Shown here: in pieces, positions 52,081 through 64,000 of the stretch
How the letters are laid out: every line of letters starts with the position of its first letter
Position numbering within the stretch: position 1 is the stretch's first letter
Assembly: GCF_030028105.1 (NCBI RefSeq)
Contig: NC_092395.1
Location: forward strand, 17,266,424 to 17,330,423
Length of the DNA: 64,000 nucleotides
From: Mobula birostris
Taxonomy: Eukaryota
Reading direction: 5' to 3'
Position numbers and translations under genes: made by a program
The notes under the pieces: generated by a model
Seen by the model: the letters and a program-made list of their open reading frames with translations, nothing else
Databases searched by the model: none
What the model was told of the DNA's origin: nothing

Positions 52081-53079
52081 TCTCTCTCAATCTGACCTTG
52101 CTGTTTCTGCCATTATTCATTTATAATATTGATTTATTTTTTCTGTCTCCATTAATGCAACCTGATAAACTAACTTGTGTCACAGCCCTGCATTTTGCAG
52201 ATTTGCTGTTCTCGGTCTTTAAATGCCTTCATTTCATAGTTATTTATTCTCTGCTCTTCTTGCTATTAACTTCAACCCTGGGCTCAAGCTGTCAGAGATA
52301 TTTCTGTATCTAGCCTTTTCCCACCCTTGCTGTTTAACACCTGCATCGTGCCATCAATATTCCAGAGTTGCTGCTTTTCCAGGTTTTTAGAAAAATTTTC
52401 ATGGTTAACATCTTCCTGGCCTCTAACCTGTTACATTGTTAGGTACTGAGTTTTATGTTTCACTAAGATTTATTATTGTCAGAACTCCAAACAATACAAT
52501 CACAGTCTACTTGATCTCTATCACAACAAATCTGCAGTCCCTGAAATTAATGTGGTTAACCTAAAGTAGGCTTCCCTTTATGGCAAGAGTACACAATATT
52601 CAGGTGCAATTGGGGGAAAATAAAACTTGTTTACTCTTGTAATCAAAACCTTTTGCAATACTGACTAGCATACTATTTGTACTCCTTCCGTGATTTGTGC
52701 ACCATCACACCTAGGTTCCTTTGAACGTGAGCATCAGCCAATCTTTCAACTTTTTAAAAAAAGCAGTTCTACTTTATTATTTGATGTCAGAAATAGGAAA
52801 TGCCAATTTTTCATTCCATCTGCATATGTGTCAACCTATCAGGTTATCTATTCCTCAAAGCCTTTTTACATCCTCCTGCATAATGTTGTCTATTGTCAAC
52901 AGACTAGAAAATGATCCCATTTGGTCCCCTTATCCAGAAGCTGTTACCAAAGATTTTGAAAAGTTGGGGCTTAAGCACCAAATGCCCTGGTACACACTTG
53001 TATCAGTTTTCACTTTGAGAACAATGCATTTATTCATAATAAGCAGTTTTAAACAAGGTATATAAAATCCTGTGGACAA

Positions 53080-53350
53080 AACTCATATTAAACAGCAGTG
53101 ATCTTTGCTCTCCTGTATGCTTCTGAAGCATGGGCTATCAATGGCAGGTATCCAAAAGCATTGAAGAGCTACCACCAAGGTTACCTCTGTAAAATTCTCT
53201 AAAACCACTGGTAGGATAAGCTTTCTGCCCCAGGTCAACATCCCTCTTATCAAGGCCTTCGTTACATTCATTCAGATGCAACAGGTCAGCTATGTTGTTC
53301 ATATGCTTAACAGCAGACTCCCTAAATAAACCCAATTCCAAGCTATCCAT
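53080..53350 (+). mobile_element. Decayed RTE fragment within decayed CR1-like sequence
   Basis: LLYASEAW..YHQGYLCKIL..HW*DK-like remnant. Confidence 0.55.
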
Positions 53351-54639
53351 GCACCTTTTTTCAAGTACCTAGTGTCCTATTTGTCACAGTGCCTTTGGGT
53401 TCCACATCAAATGCCTCAGAATCCATAGAACTGGAGCTGAAGTCAGTCCTCCTAGATCACAAAGAGCTACTTAGAACAATGGTGCTATGCACCCAGGTAC
53501 ATCCAGTAAGCAGCTGTTTTTTGTTTGTATGGCACCACATTACCTCATAGGCTCTTGTCATATTCATATTATCATGTATTTACACATGACTACTCTCACA
53601 TGGATTTTGCTTTCTATTTCTTTTGCTAATTTAATAATTAAAATAATTAATGCCGACTATTACCATTGGTACAGTGACTTCCAATTTAAAATTATGATGG
53701 ATTAGCCCAAAAAGTTTCTTATCCATAGCAGAAATATTTGGCTTTTCTCAGAGTTCGGTTAAGTGCAGTGTGGTAAGGAGAGCCCTTCACCTGAACAATG
53801 GTTAATCCTGGTAGCTCTTGGAGAGTAATTTTTTTTTGTAGCTAAGCTGATAAACACCACCATTTACCAATAGAACATTTCATCCCCGGTGCAAAACTGT
53901 TGACTAAGATTTTGAAAAGTTAGGGCTTAAGCATACCATCAGATAGTACAAAATTTTAAGTATATAGAACTAAACAGAATTTTAAGAATTTTTTACCATT
54001 CATAAACTGGCCAGCTTGTTTCCACCTTGCAAACAGAACATCATAAGTTGTTTATCTGCATTGTCATCCTCAAACTTCTTTCACTACTTCCGTTGGTGAG
54101 TAAGTTGAGTGCACATTGGATATTATACTGGTGTGGATTAAGATTTAAAAACAATGTTGGACATACAGGTCAGTCAGCAGTGGTGAAAAGAGAAACAGTT
54201 AACATTGTGTGAAAAAGGAACATTTGTTTAAGTAGTAGATGGGGGGGAAGAGGAGGATGAGTAGATGAAGAAAATTTCAATGCTAATTGAAGTTGGTTAA
54301 TTAAAAGCAGAATATGAATAAAGTGGTCTCTTTCAAATTGGCAAGCTGTAGTTATGTCTTGCACTCATGTTAAGCTAATTGAAAGGAAAACTAGACAGCT
54401 GGGAATACGAAACTAACTTCATTTTTACTTTAAGCGAGGTGCGTACATGTGACATGGTAGCATCATAACATATAATTCACCTATTTTTACAGGAATTAGT
54501 TATTTAAACAAGAATGCTTAATCAAACAATATATTTACAGTATTGTACAAGTACTAAAATATTAAATACTCAACAGTAGTGACTGTTTCTTGGGGCAGCT
54601 GGTCATTTCCTATATGAACAATATGGCCAGTTGGGCCAT

Positions 54640-55307
<668 letters not shown>

Positions 55308-55513
55308 TGAAGATCAAAATGTGTTAAATGTTGACTCTTAATTTCTATTATATTGAAAATACTTTTATAGCTTATAAAAATGTAAAACAGTATGTGAAAA
55401 TCCATGAAAATAAGCATGGTGGTGCTAGTATATTTTTTCTAACTTTTCCTAATTGTATATCTAAATAAAAAAGAAAAGTTTTTTTTGTGTATTTCTAATC
55501 ATACTAAGTACTA

Positions 55514-55778
55514 CAGACACCCTCCACATTGCGGGGACTTGCATTCCTAAAAAAAGAACAGGACACATTTTAAGTTTTCTTTAATGTGAAACCACATCAC
55601 TGTATATGTGTAAAGAAGCACAAGATGAAAGCATAAATTTGGTGTTGAATTATTTACTTTTATTCACCCAAATTCCATGAGAGTAAATTTTATTCCTATC
55701 TCATTTTTGGATAATAATTTCTAAAATCTATCAGAATTAATTTCTGTAATTCAGCAACAGGAATGAGAGGGCTGCCTG
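55514..55778. mobile_element. Old Tigger-like MITE
   Basis: TA|cagacaccctc...gagggctgcctg|TA. Confidence 0.5.
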
Positions 55779-55875
55779 TACTCTAGTTTTGTAAAAATAA
55801 CTATTTACTTAAAATTATTGTTTCTTTTTTGTTGCAAAAAAAATTTGGTATCAAAGCTTGTATCAGAGTAAAGCA

Positions 55876-56537
55876 ACACACATCAAAGTTGCTGGTGAAC
55901 GCAGCAGGCCAGGCAGCATTTCTAGGAAGCGGTACAGTTGACGTTTCAGGCCGAGACCCGTCGTCAGGACTAACTGAAGAAAGAGCTAGTAAGAGATTTA
56001 AAAGTGGGGGGGGGAGGGAGGGGAAGATCCGAAATGATAGGAGAAGACAGGAGGGGGAGGGATGGAGCCAAGAGCTGGGCAGATGATGGGCAAAAGGGGT
56101 ATGAGAGGATCATGGGACAGGAGGCCCAGGGAGAAGGAAAGGGTGGGGCAGAACCCAGAGGATGGGTAAGGGGTATAGTCGGAGGGACAGAGGGAGAAAA
56201 AGGAGAGTGAGAGAAAGAGTGTGTGTGTATAAATAATGGATGGGGTACGAGGGGGAGGTGGGGCATTAGCGGAAGTTAGAGAAGTCAATGTTCATGCCAT
56301 CAGGTTGGAGGCTACCCAGACGGAATATAAGGTGTTGTTCCTCCATCCTGAGTGTGGCTTCATCTTTACAGTAGAGGAGGCCGTGGATAGACATGTCAGA
56401 ATGGGAATGGGATGTGGAATCAAAATGTGTGGCCATTGGGAGATCCTGCTTTCTCTGGTGGACAGAGCGTAGGTGTTCAGCAAAACGTTCACCAGCAACT
56501 TTGTGTGTTGCTTGAATTTCCAGCATCTGCAGAATTC
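55876..56537 (-). mobile_element. Young PLE family A insertion with short inverted pLTR
   Basis: Exact 19-bp TSD cttgtatcagagtaaagca (55857-75, 56538-56); ERFAEHLRSVHQRKQDLPMATHF..EQHLIFRLGSLQPDGMNIDFSNFR*; hammerhead motif at 55936-55971(-). Confidence 0.93.
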
Positions 56538-56624
56538 CTTGTATCAGAGTAAAGCATCACACTAATTAATGTAAGCAGAAATGTCAGTTACTTTTGGTGT
56601 ACCTTTCAGAATTTACTCAAGTAA

Positions 56625-56795
<171 letters not shown>

Positions 56796-56949
56796 TAAAT
56801 GTATTGTTGGATATCATTTTTTCTTGTGAGCTTGAGAACAATTAGGAAAGAACTCTGAATGAGGGATGGAGTATTTTGAATTCCGTTTACTCCCAGTGAT
56901 ATGCATACAATAACTTATGGGCAGCGAAATAGAGTGTGTTCATTTAATT

Positions 56950-57641
56950 GAGTCAGTCAATCAGAGCTGCCACTTATTAGGGACTACTCTGAAAGAGCAA
57001 AAGCTAATTGAGAAAATAGCCGGGATTCCTTTCATTTATTTGGGATATTATGCCGCTGAACTGCGGCAGGAGATTGTTACCAAACAGTTTCTTACTAGTG
57101 TTAGGCACCTGCACTTGTGTGGTGGTCATTAGGTATGGCACTATGCTTAGAGTAAACAGTTTTTAACCGCTCACTGCAGTTTCAAACATTCAGGCTTGGA
57201 GATGCTAGTACCAGCCGGGAGTGAAACTGAAACAATTTCAGTACTTCTAGAAGTTGGGAACAACCAAAAGTTTGAAGGATTTGACATTCATCTTGAATGC
57301 TACAGTGAAAATGAAGTTTTTGAGGCTGCAATTGTGGACAGCGTTATATGAAGGAAGTCCATTATCTGCAATAGATGTTTGTGATGATTTTGTTCATTTA
57401 CAGTCAAAAGAGTGTGAAGTGGATAAATTCCACTGTTGAGTATTAGGAACTAATATAGTTTTATAGTACTGTAGCTGTGTTCTAATTTGTTTTGTATTTC
57501 ATTAAAATACACTTTGTTACTCATTTTTGTCTTTTTATACTTCTCATCTATTTCCTTGAAACTTCAACTAACAGGGACAGCTGTTTAATTGAGCCAAATT
57601 GTATTGGTTCCAATATGTTCCAATTAACCGAAATCTGCTGT
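56950..57641 (+). mobile_element. Probable Tigger-type non-autonomous element
   Basis: 3' part homologous to 15780-15960 and 16995-17075; ends ccaattaaccgaaatctgctg|TA; left end unclear. Confidence 0.5.
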
Positions 57642-58665
57642 ATTCTACTGTGTTGCAAATGTTGTATGGCAGAATAGAAAGCATAGGAAAAATGGCACAA
57701 GTAACCTGCAGTGATACTATTTAGCTGCATATACTTAGTAGAATGAACATTATGCACTAATCAAAGATTAAAATAAAGATTAGCTCTGCTTGCCACATGT
57801 ACATCAAAATATACAGTGAAATGTTTGTATCAATGACCAATGCAGTCCACAGACGTGCTGGGGGAAGCCCGCAGGTGTTGCCATGCCTCCGACATCAAAA
57901 TAGCACATCTTCAATTTACTAACCCTGACCTATATATCTTTGAAATGTGGGAGGAAACCGGCGCACACATAGGAATTAAAACAGTTGGCTGTTGTTGCAC
58001 ACAGGTTGTCACTGACCCCATCAAGTCTGTGCTGAACTTGAAGGAAAAGTTAGTTTGTCTCCTGCTTTTACCTGTCTCCCTACCATATTTTTTTCAAATA
58101 TTGAATTGCTTTGAAGATATTTAAAGTTTAAAGTTCAAGATCAAAGTAAATTTATTATCAAAGTACATACATGTCACCATATACAACCCTAAGATTCATT
58201 TTCATATACAGTACAGCCAAGAAACAGTAGAATCAAGGAATGTTCGCACCCAACAGGACGGACAAACAACCAATGTGCAAAAAACAAATTGTGTAAACCC
58301 AAAAGAGAAAATATAAATAAGTAAAGAAAGAATAAGTATCAAGAACATAAAATGAAGAGTCCTTGAAGTTGAGTCCACAGTTTATGGGAGCAGTTCAGTG
58401 TTGGGGGCAAGTGAAATTATCCTCACTGATTCAAGAGCCTGGTGGTTGAGGGGTATTTATTGAATCTATGACAAGTTATGATTGGTCATTGCAGAAGTGT
58501 TTCCTTTGCAGATCCTAGTTCTTAAGCCAATTTCCTAAAAATCAATTTTCTGGTTATTGACAATTCATTTGTTAACTCAAAACTATTTAAACTAATTATG
58601 ATTTTAAATTTCCCTGTTGATTTAACAATTATCATAACTTTATTTCTGAATTCATGAGATGTAGC

Positions 58666-59676
58666 TCAAGCAGGAGTATATCAAGGCAACCAGACTTGCT
58701 GTGTTGTCTGGAAGAAGTTTTGCCACTCATCTGAGAGGCTTCTTCAGTTCTGATCCATGGCGGGTAGTTTTCCAGCTTATAAACTCTTGAGCTGTTTAAA
58801 GATATAGCAATCACATGAGGGTCATTAAGTCATAGAGGTAATACGAGCGTCATTAGTCTCAGCTTTGAATGGAGGTGTGAACTGTTGTGGAGACGCCAGG
58901 GTAGAGACATTCGAAATGCACTGCAAGTAGCTGATGGGTGGTGCCGTACCCCAATCTCTCTGTTCAGGGATGGGTTTTCCAGTTTAACTAAGATGGCTTC
59001 TTTAACCCCTCTTTCACACCTGTCCAAAATATGCACATTATCATCAAAGGAGTGTCCCTTGTCCTTTAGGTGTAGATATGCAGCTGAATCTTGATCAGAG
59101 GTGTTAGCCCTCTTATGTTGGGCCATCCGTTTGTGAAGTGGTTGTTTTGTCTTGCCAATATACAGATCTATGCAGTTCTTATTGCATTGGATAGCATATA
59201 CAATATTGCTCTGTTTATGTTTGGGTATAGGATCCTTAGGGTGTACAAATTTCTGTCTGAGTGTGTTTGTAGGTTTGAAAAACACAGGGATTTGGTACTT
59301 ATTGGAAATCCTTCTACTTTTCTCTGAAATTGCAGCTACAAGCTGAAAAATCCATCCCTGAACAGAGTGGGTGGGATATGACACCGCCTATCAGCTATTT
59401 ACAATGCATTCTGCCCTGAATCTCCACAACAGTTCACACCTTCATTCATGCAAAGATAGGACCCTCTCATTACCTCTAAACTCTTAACTCATGTGAATGC
59501 TATACCTTAAGGCAACTCAGAATTTATAAGCCGGAAGACTACCCACTATGGATCAGAACTGAAGAAGCCTCTCAGATGAGTGAGGAAACATCTTCCAGAC
59601 AACATAGCAACACCAGTTGCCTTGATTTACTACTGCTTAAGGTATAATGTCCTAGATGACTGAGAACCTTCATAGA
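58666..59676 (-). mobile_element. PLE family B (Poseidon/Bridge-like) with inverted pLTRs
   Basis: ORF 58830-59384 FFKPTNTLRQKFVHPKD..NIVYAIQC..LYIGKTKQPLHKRMAQH..RGVKEAI..PSLNR (GIY-YIG); inverted arms about 58666-58950 and 59378-59640; TSD cat(g/c)agatgtagc (58653-65, 59677-89). Confidence 0.9.
59556..59595 (+). ncRNA. Degenerate hammerhead motif of PLE family B (partner at 58711-58750, -)
   Basis: GAA-CUGAAGA-agcctCTCagatGAGtgag-GAAA-C-AUC-UUC; stem I GAA/UUC; stems II and III damaged. Confidence 0.55.
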
Positions 59677-60089
59677 CATCAGATGTAGCATATCTTAATG
59701 CTTGAGAAAATTCACCAGTTCTTTCACTTTGTGATTGATATGGCTGAGCATATTTTATTTGAATAATAAGCACTAGATCCATCCCTACTCCATATTCAAA
59801 AAAAGTTGGCTCCTGATCAACCTTTTGCTAAGGCACGCAGAATATCTTTGTTCTAGATTTACTTTGCCATCTACTAACAATTTTAAGTTAGCCACAAACT
59901 CATCCTTGTATTTGTGTTATATAAATAATTTAGACAAAAAATGTAGCTAGTCTGATTAGCATGTTTGAAAAGTGTTGGTTAAGCCACATTTGTAATACTT
60001 CAGGTTCCTGCCTTATAGGAAGCATGTAAAGGCTGGGAGTGGATACAGAAGAAGTCTTTTAGGATGTTGCCCAGATTAGTCAGTATGGA

Positions 60090-60960
60090 TCACTGATAAC
60101 ATCTTCTCTTTGCCGATGGTCAACACAGGTGTACCTCAAGGATTCATGCTTAGCCCATTATTCTACTCTTTGTACACATGACTTTTTATTGCTATGTGAA
60201 GTGGCTCAGATATCATTTATAAATTGATTACATCATTGTTACTAGTAAAATCTAAAATTAAAATGAGGGGGCATACAGGAGAGAGAGAGATGGATCAGCT
60301 GGTTGAATGGTTTCATGACAACCTTACATTCAACTTCAGCAAGAACAAGGAATTGATTGTGGTCTTAAGGAAGAGAAGGTCAAGAGGACACCCACCAGTC
60401 CTCATTGTGGAGTCAACATTGGAAAGGATGAGCAGCTTTAAAATTCCTGATGATCTATCCTGGACACAACACGGTGATACAACCTTGAAGAAGGCATGCC
60501 AGTGGCTCTACTTCATTAAGAGTTTGAGGAGATTTGGTATCTCAGAAAGACTCTTGCAGATGTGCAAAGAAAAACATTCTGACATCACAGCTTGGTCCAG
60601 AGGCTCCAATGCACAGGATCGCAAAAGGCTGTGTAAAGTGGTAAACTCAGCCAGCTCCATCATGGGTACAGCCCTCTTCACATTGAGGAGATCTTCAAGA
60701 AGCAATGCTTCAAGAAGGCAGCATCCATCATTAAGAGGCCTCGCCATCTGGGACAGGCCCACTTGATACTTCAGTCGGGGAAGAGATACAGGAGTCTGAA
60801 GGCCCCTATTCAGCGATTCGGGGAACAGCTTATTCTGCTTCATCAAATTTGCAAATGTTACCTCATTCCATTTTTTGCACTATTTATTTTGTAATTAATA
60901 ATAATTGTGCCTTTATACGGCTTCTGCAAAAGAACAGATTTCACATCATTTAAGACAGTG
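60090..60960 (+). mobile_element. Decayed Rex1/Babar LINE
   Basis: EMDQLVEWFHDNLTFNFSKNKELIV..DLSWTQH..KKACQWLYFIKSLRRFG. Confidence 0.8.
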
Positions 60961-61462
60961 GCAATACTTAACTGTTTTAGAAATATTTCTATGCAGTGCT
61001 TTCCTGGTTAGTAAAATTTTGTGAAGAGGTGCAGGGGGCATGAGTCTTTGGGCAGCGAGATTAAATGGAATAGCGAAAGTAGAGTTCATATGCACAAGTA
61101 CATGTATACGCAGTTGCAATGAAAAAACCTGCAGGAGCATCAAAGGTACATAGCATCATGTAAGCAGCACTCAAGAAAAACATTGAATACAATTCTTTAA
61201 CGAGTAAACACAATTTTAACCAAAAAAAAGTCCATTTTAGTGCAGTGTCAAAGGGATCTATATTGATCTTGTAAGCTGACTCAGTGTCATCTGTGATTTG
61301 TCTACCAATAAGTGTCATTGGCAAACTTGACGATAGCATTGGAGCTGTGTGTAGACACAAGTGTGAATAATTGACTTTGTGAAAGGCATCTTAAGATATT
61401 CTGCAAGGCAGAGTTAGTTTATTGCACAGAATGGTGGACCAATAGATGGCATAATAGGTTAT

Positions 61463-61672
61463 AAACATGAGATTCTGTAGTTGCTGGAAATCCAGAGCAA
61501 CAGCCACAGAATGCTGGAGGAACTCAGCAGGTCAAGTCAGCACCTATGGGAAAGAACACAATCAACGTTTCATAATGAGACTGAAGGGTCTTGGCCTGAA
61601 ACATCGACTATTTATTCATTTGTATAGATGCTGCCTGACCAGCTGAACGCCTCCAGCATTTTGTGTGTGTAA
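61463..61672. mobile_element. Short fold-back element of two inverted PLE pLTR ends
   Basis: cacagaatgctggaggaactcagcaggtcaag ... cctgaccagctgaacgcctccagcattttgtg, with a hammerhead remnant (tgaagggtcttggcctgaaacatcgact) in the middle. Confidence 0.72.
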
Positions 61673-62243
61673 CAAGATTATTTTTTTTCCTGAGATTAAT
61701 TGTCAATATAATCTTTTAAAACGCTACACATGGGAAAGAATAACTGTTTTCATTAGCCAGTTATGGATGTTTAGTGTTACATATCCTCTATTTTCATTTT
61801 GGCCATTGACCCCTGTATATCATGCACGTGTTAGCACTTAAACATTAAACCTGACTACTTTTACAAAGCTACTTTCATAACTGAATCTTCCTGATGCTGT
61901 AGGATCAGTGAAACATTCTTTTGTATGGATGATATCACTAAGTGCATGGACTGCTATGTTGTCCCTCCTGATAGAACCTTATATCCATATTTGCCAAAGT
62001 GTTGCTCATATAGATGTTAATGCATGGAGGAGCAGTTCCCAATCATGCAACTGGTTGCAGGAGAGCTATTTGCATATTACAGAAGTAAATAAGACCACAA
62101 TAGTTCAGCTCTCCATAGTTGGAATATAAAAGCAACTATTTAATTGAGATTGAATTACTGCTGACTAAACATATAAGTGTTTGATGGACAAGCCAATCAC
62201 TATATTTGTGGCATATGACCACTGTTTCTTCATAAACTTGTAG

Positions 62244-62477
<234 letters not shown>

Positions 62478-64000
62478 CCTGACCAAAGCAGTAAAGAATG
62501 GAAATAAGAAATTTTAAACCATAATGATCGCAATTGTTATGATCTGTGAAGTTTGCAAACTGCTAATTGTCATCCTGGATACTTGTCTTTGTGCGTCCAC
62601 GGAGTTGTAGCTTCTTTAAAAAAAAATACAAATTGTTTTATTCAACAGTGCAGGGTGGGGAGGGACAGGGGACACAACATTTTTAATGTGCATCTTTTTG
62701 GTGCCAATCTACATTTCCATTTTTTCAAATATCACTTAATAACTAGCTGTATAACAGATAGTTGGCTTAAGCTACAATCTCTTTAATGCTTGTTCAAACA
62801 AAAAAATAGCAAGTGTTCTTCCACTTGCCAAATCAAAATGCAATGCCACTCCCTCTTCATGCTCTTTTGGTTATGCTGGCCTTCTGCTGTCTGATCACAG
62901 ATATACTCTGTGGTGCGAAGTGGTGATGTTTCAGAACTCTGTCTAACAGAAACAAGGGCATCACTTGCTTAATTGATGTACTGTTTCTGGTTTGTTTTTT
63001 TTTCCTGATCAATGAGAAAGTATTGATACTGTGATTTATTTTTTTGATTTTTTAAAATAAATTATTGATGTTATACATATAGTTTGCTACTTGCTGTACT
63101 TCAGCCATGGACTACAAAGATGGGAGCTCACTAAGCAATTTCATCTTGAGCAAATATCATGGGGAAAACTGGGGGTGGTGGGGGAAATTTGCTCAAGTAC
63201 TTAGAAACCTGAGATGTGGAAATAATGATTACTTGGCAAATAAATGAAGCCAAATCTAGTATAAAGAAATAAGTGTATTTATCTAATTTATGGACCAGTA
63301 TATCTAGGCTTGATTTCAGGTTAGAATGTTTCTGTATTAATTGGTTTACAGATGCTCACCTGTTGCCAAACTTCGATTTTTTTTTTTTTTTTTAAAACTG
63401 CTGTACACTACAGTAGCAGGTTATGGAATTTTTTTAGGATGACTTGCTAAACTAAAGTTGACAGTTTATGCTAATTATAGCTAGATGAGGGTTTTTAACG
63501 TTGAAAGTTTTTAATAGAAGGATAGTTTTATGCAGTCAGGTACTTTTTACAAAATCTTTTTTTTATTAGGTATATCAGGCTTTGAAAAGAAAACCTCTGT
63601 TTTATAGGAATGCAGGTGCCAAGAAAGTTGCACTACACAGCTCTTAATTTGTGATTTCTGTGTACAAAAGTGAAAGGATGGCTTTTATAAATGCTGCACA
63701 GTGCCATAACTATAATGTACCTTACATTTTTAAGTTCTGACCTCACCAAACGAATATCAAGACTGCTTTGTAATAGTAATAATTGTCAGTAGTCCTGATA
63801 TAAATGCTACATCTCACAGTGGTGATTTGGTACAGGCCATCTCCGGGTTATGAGTGCCCAAATTATAGACACCCCTATATATGAGCTCCCATAATACTAA
63901 ATTCAATAGTCCAATGTGCATGCATACATTTGTTCCTATGAACAGCAGAATTAGTTTCCCCTCTCACCACTTTCAGTAATTGTTTCTTACCAGTGTTTAG
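62478..64000 (+). other. Probable 3' UTR of the Gq/11 gene (end not defined)
   Basis: Follows the stop codon; U-rich, with no recognisable TE over 1.5 kb, unlike the introns. Confidence 0.7.
63056..63061 (+). terminator. Candidate polyadenylation signal AATAAA (second one at 63239-63244)
   Basis: Hexamer with upstream U-rich and downstream GU/U-rich sequence; usage not demonstrable from sequence. Confidence 0.4.

Overview
Eukaryotic, repeat-rich vertebrate DNA; the repeat content (CR1, V-SINE/HE1-like pieces, Rex1, Penelope) suggests a cartilaginous fish, which is an inference. The window holds coding exons 2-7 and about 1.5 kb of 3' flank of one + strand Gq-class G-protein alpha gene, most likely GNA11 (GNAQ not excluded). 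Exon lengths are 185/155/129/130/154/191 nt with GT-AG sites; exon 1 lies upstream. The introns are a mosaic of CR1, Rex1/Babar, RTE and R4/Dong LINEs, two Penelope-like (PLE) families carrying minimal hammerhead ribozyme motifs, and Tc1, mariner, Tigger and hAT DNA transposons, several nested three deep. There are two N gaps. Most notable: (i) a ~1.77 kb fold-back palindrome (8719-10487, 2-nt spacer) that duplicates a hammerhead-bearing PLE end together with flanking CR1 DNA; (ii) recurrent inverted or tandem PLE ends with long target-site duplications (TSDs); (iii) five miR-183/96/182 seed sites in the 3' UTR, split by a candidate proximal polyA signal; (iv) an in-frame, stop-containing alternative acceptor before exon 6. 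I find no well-supported wholly new biological system. The best lead is PLE-associated duplication of flanking DNA. All alignments and family assignments were made by eye and from recalled consensus sequences, so TE boundaries are approximate unless a TSD is given.
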